Notes under the pieces: generated by a model
What the model was told of the DNA's origin: nothing
What the model saw: the letters and a program-made list of their open reading frames with translations, nothing else
The model's database searches: none
Program-made: the position numbers and the translations under genes
In this document: positions 62,525 through 64,000 of the stretch, one piece after another
How the letters are laid out: every line of letters begins with the position of its first letter
Numbering within the stretch: the stretch's first letter is position 1
NCBI GenBank assembly: GCA_035533595.1
Contig: DATLTN010000024.1
Span: 1,661-65,660 of the forward strand
Source of the DNA: Acidimicrobiales bacterium
GTDB taxonomy: Bacteria; Actinomycetota; Acidimicrobiia; Acidimicrobiales; Bog-793
Length of the DNA: 64,000 nt
Direction: 5' to 3'

Positions 62525-62844
62525 GCTTGACGCAGACCTTCGTGAACTCGTGCGCCGGCCGGGAGGCGAACCTCCCAACCACGGGGCGGGGCCGGTTGGG
62601 CTGCTGCCCCTCCGGGTCGGCGGACGCCGACCCCGAAAGAGTAGCAGCTCAGGTGGGACCACCGCCCTGCTGCGGCTCTGCCGGTGGTGGCTGCGGCGGT
62701 GAGGCGGGGCCACCGGGAGGAGCGGGTGGCCTCCCCGAAGGCCGCTCCCGCCCTCATCCATTGGCGGCGTGCCTCCGTACAGTCCGGAGTGGCCGTCGGC
62801 CGCGTTGGCGAGCGAGTGGGGCGTCGAATGGTAAGGATGCGCCG

Positions 62845-63564
62845 GTGAGCCCTGCGGTCGCGACGAGAAGAGCGCGCAACGACCCCGCCCAGTACGACGA
62901 CCTCGCGGCGACGTGGTGGGATCCCCGCGGGCCGCTCTCGATGCTGCACTGGATCGCGGCCGCGCGCGCGGCGCGCATCCCCGACGCCCGGCGCAAGGGT
63001 GCCGTGCTCGCCGACCTCGGCTGCGGCGCGGGGCTGCTCGCGCCGCACCTCGCCGGCAAGGGCTACCGCGTCGTCGGCGTCGACCTCACCGAGTCCGCGC
63101 TCCGTCACGCCGCCGCGCACGGCCTCGCCGCGGTGCGCGGCGACGTCACCGCGCTGCCCGTCGCCGACGGGGTCGCCGACGTCGTGAGCGCCGGTGAGAT
63201 CCTCGAGCACGTGAGCGACCTCGACGCCACCCTCGACGAGGCCTGCCGGCTGCTCCGCCCGGGCGGCCTCCTCATCCTCGACACGATCGCCGCCACCTGG
63301 CGGGCGCGCCTCGTCGCCGTCGAGATCGCCGAACGCATCCCCGGCGGCGCGCCGAAAGGCATCCACGACCCCCGCCTCTTCGTCGACCGCGACGCCCTGG
63401 TCGCGCGCTGCGCCCGCCACGGCGTGGCGCTCGAGCTCACCGGCCTCCGCCCCGCCGCCCTGCAGATGCTGCAGTGGCTCGCCGGCAGGCGCGCCGCCGT
63501 CGAGATGGTCCGCAGCCGCTCCACCGCGATCCTCTTCCAGGGGGTCGGGATGAAGGCGCGATGA
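62845..63564 (+). CDS. Class I SAM-dependent methyltransferase (UbiG-like by eye)
   Basis: It has motif [13 protein letters not shown], then [11 protein letters not shown] and [12 protein letters not shown]. The start is GTG at codon 107 of ORF 62527..63564. Confidence 0.75.
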   Translation: MSPAVATRRARNDPAQYDDLAATWWDPRGPLSMLHWIAAARAARIPDARRKGAVLADLGCGAGLLAPHLAGKGYRVVGVDLTESALRHAAAHGLAAVRGDVTALPVADGVADVVSAGEILEHVSDLDATLDEACRLLRPGGLLILDTIAATWRARLVAVEIAERIPGGAPKGIHDPRLFVDRDALVARCARHGVALELTGLRPAALQMLQWLAGRRAAVEMVRSRSTAILFQGVGMKAR

Positions 63565-64000
63565 GCGCGCTCGCCTCCCCCGCCGACCCCGCTGCGGCGC
63601 TCGCTGCGGCGGATGCCGTCGCCGGGGCGCTCGCCGCCCACGCGCGCCGCGGCGACGAGGAGGGGCGCTTCCTCGAGGAGGACCTCGCCGCGCTGCGCAA
63701 CAGCGGCCTCCTCGCGCTGATGGTCCCCTCCCGCCTCGGCGGCAGCGGCGCCTCCTTCTCGGACTACGCGCGCGTCGCCGGCGCGCTCGCACGCGGGAAC
63801 GGCGCGCCGGCGCTCGTGTTCAACATGCACGCCTCGGTGACGGGCGCCCTCGCGCTCGCCCCCGACGACCTCACCCGCAACCTCGGCGCCGGCGACGGGT
63901 GGTTCGCGGCGCGCGACGCCGCCCTCGTGGCGGCGCGCGAGGGCGCCTTCTACGCGGTGGCGATGAGCGAACGCGGCAGCGGCGCCCGCCTCTCCTCGCT
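63561..64000 (+). CDS. Acyl-CoA dehydrogenase family protein, N-terminal part (runs off the window)
   Basis: ATG at 63561 overlaps the upstream stop (ATGA). The translation [10 protein letters not shown]...EEGRFLEEDLAALRNSGLLALMVPSRLGGSGASFSDYARV...FYAVAMSERGSGA fits the ACAD N-terminal and middle domains. Confidence 0.6.
   Translation, partial: MSALASPADPAAALAAADAVAGALAAHARRGDEEGRFLEEDLAALRNSGLLALMVPSRLGGSGASFSDYARVAGALARGNGAPALVFNMHASVTGALALAPDDLTRNLGAGDGWFAARDAALVAAREGAFYAVAMSERGSGARLSS

Noticed and set aside
7609-63564. Many start/stop overlaps, at 7609-7612, 10732-10739, 22766-22769, 27044, 34774-34777, 35712, 58357 and 63561-63564.
   Set aside because: These are real, but they are ordinary translational coupling in compact high-G+C operons and not an unusual feature in themselves.

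Overview
The window is a very G+C-rich, gene-dense chromosomal segment with an actinobacterium-like gene order (rpsO-pnp-M16 peptidase-dapB ... dapA-rnj-ftsK). I did not compute G+C; all composition statements are by eye. Most of it is core metabolism. It holds leuS and one tRNA-Ala. A minus-strand gene train runs lpd, E2 acyltransferase, a fused lipB-lipA and an M24 peptidase, followed by SDR, PAC2 and HAD genes. It also holds cysDNC, rnhA, aceE, thiE, a Phe/Tyr catabolic cluster through homogentisate (phhA, hppD, hmgA, an FAH-family hydrolase, two Lrp/AsnC regulators), and a leucine catabolic cluster (fused E1 alpha/beta, acyl-CoA dehydrogenase, HMG-CoA lyase, methylcrotonyl-CoA carboxylase alpha and beta). 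The rest is sufS-sufU, thrB, a DD-carboxypeptidase, ftsK, rnj, dapA, dapB, pnp and rpsO. I found no rRNA, CRISPR array, transposase or integrase. Four patches look compositionally different (more A/T by eye) and accessory: 1-1.5 kb, 19.4-22.25 kb, 23.4-26.1 kb and 45.8-49.5 kb. The observations I rate highest are these. (1) A ~2.8 kb insertion sits in the 5' end of an HhH-GPD repair gene; it is bounded by an 18-bp direct repeat and carries its own replacement 5' coding end. (2) lipB and lipA form one continuous fused reading frame. (3) A co-directional module of ACMSD-like amidohydrolase, M24 enzyme and a PPDK_N/phosphohistidine-swivel protein, whose last gene has conserved N-terminal sequence upstream of any canonical start codon. 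(4) A decaying low-GC patch holds a small secreted protein and two frameshifted gene remnants. I did not find convincing evidence of a self-contained novel multi-gene system such as a defence locus. All functional calls rest on motif recognition by eye, and no database search was possible.
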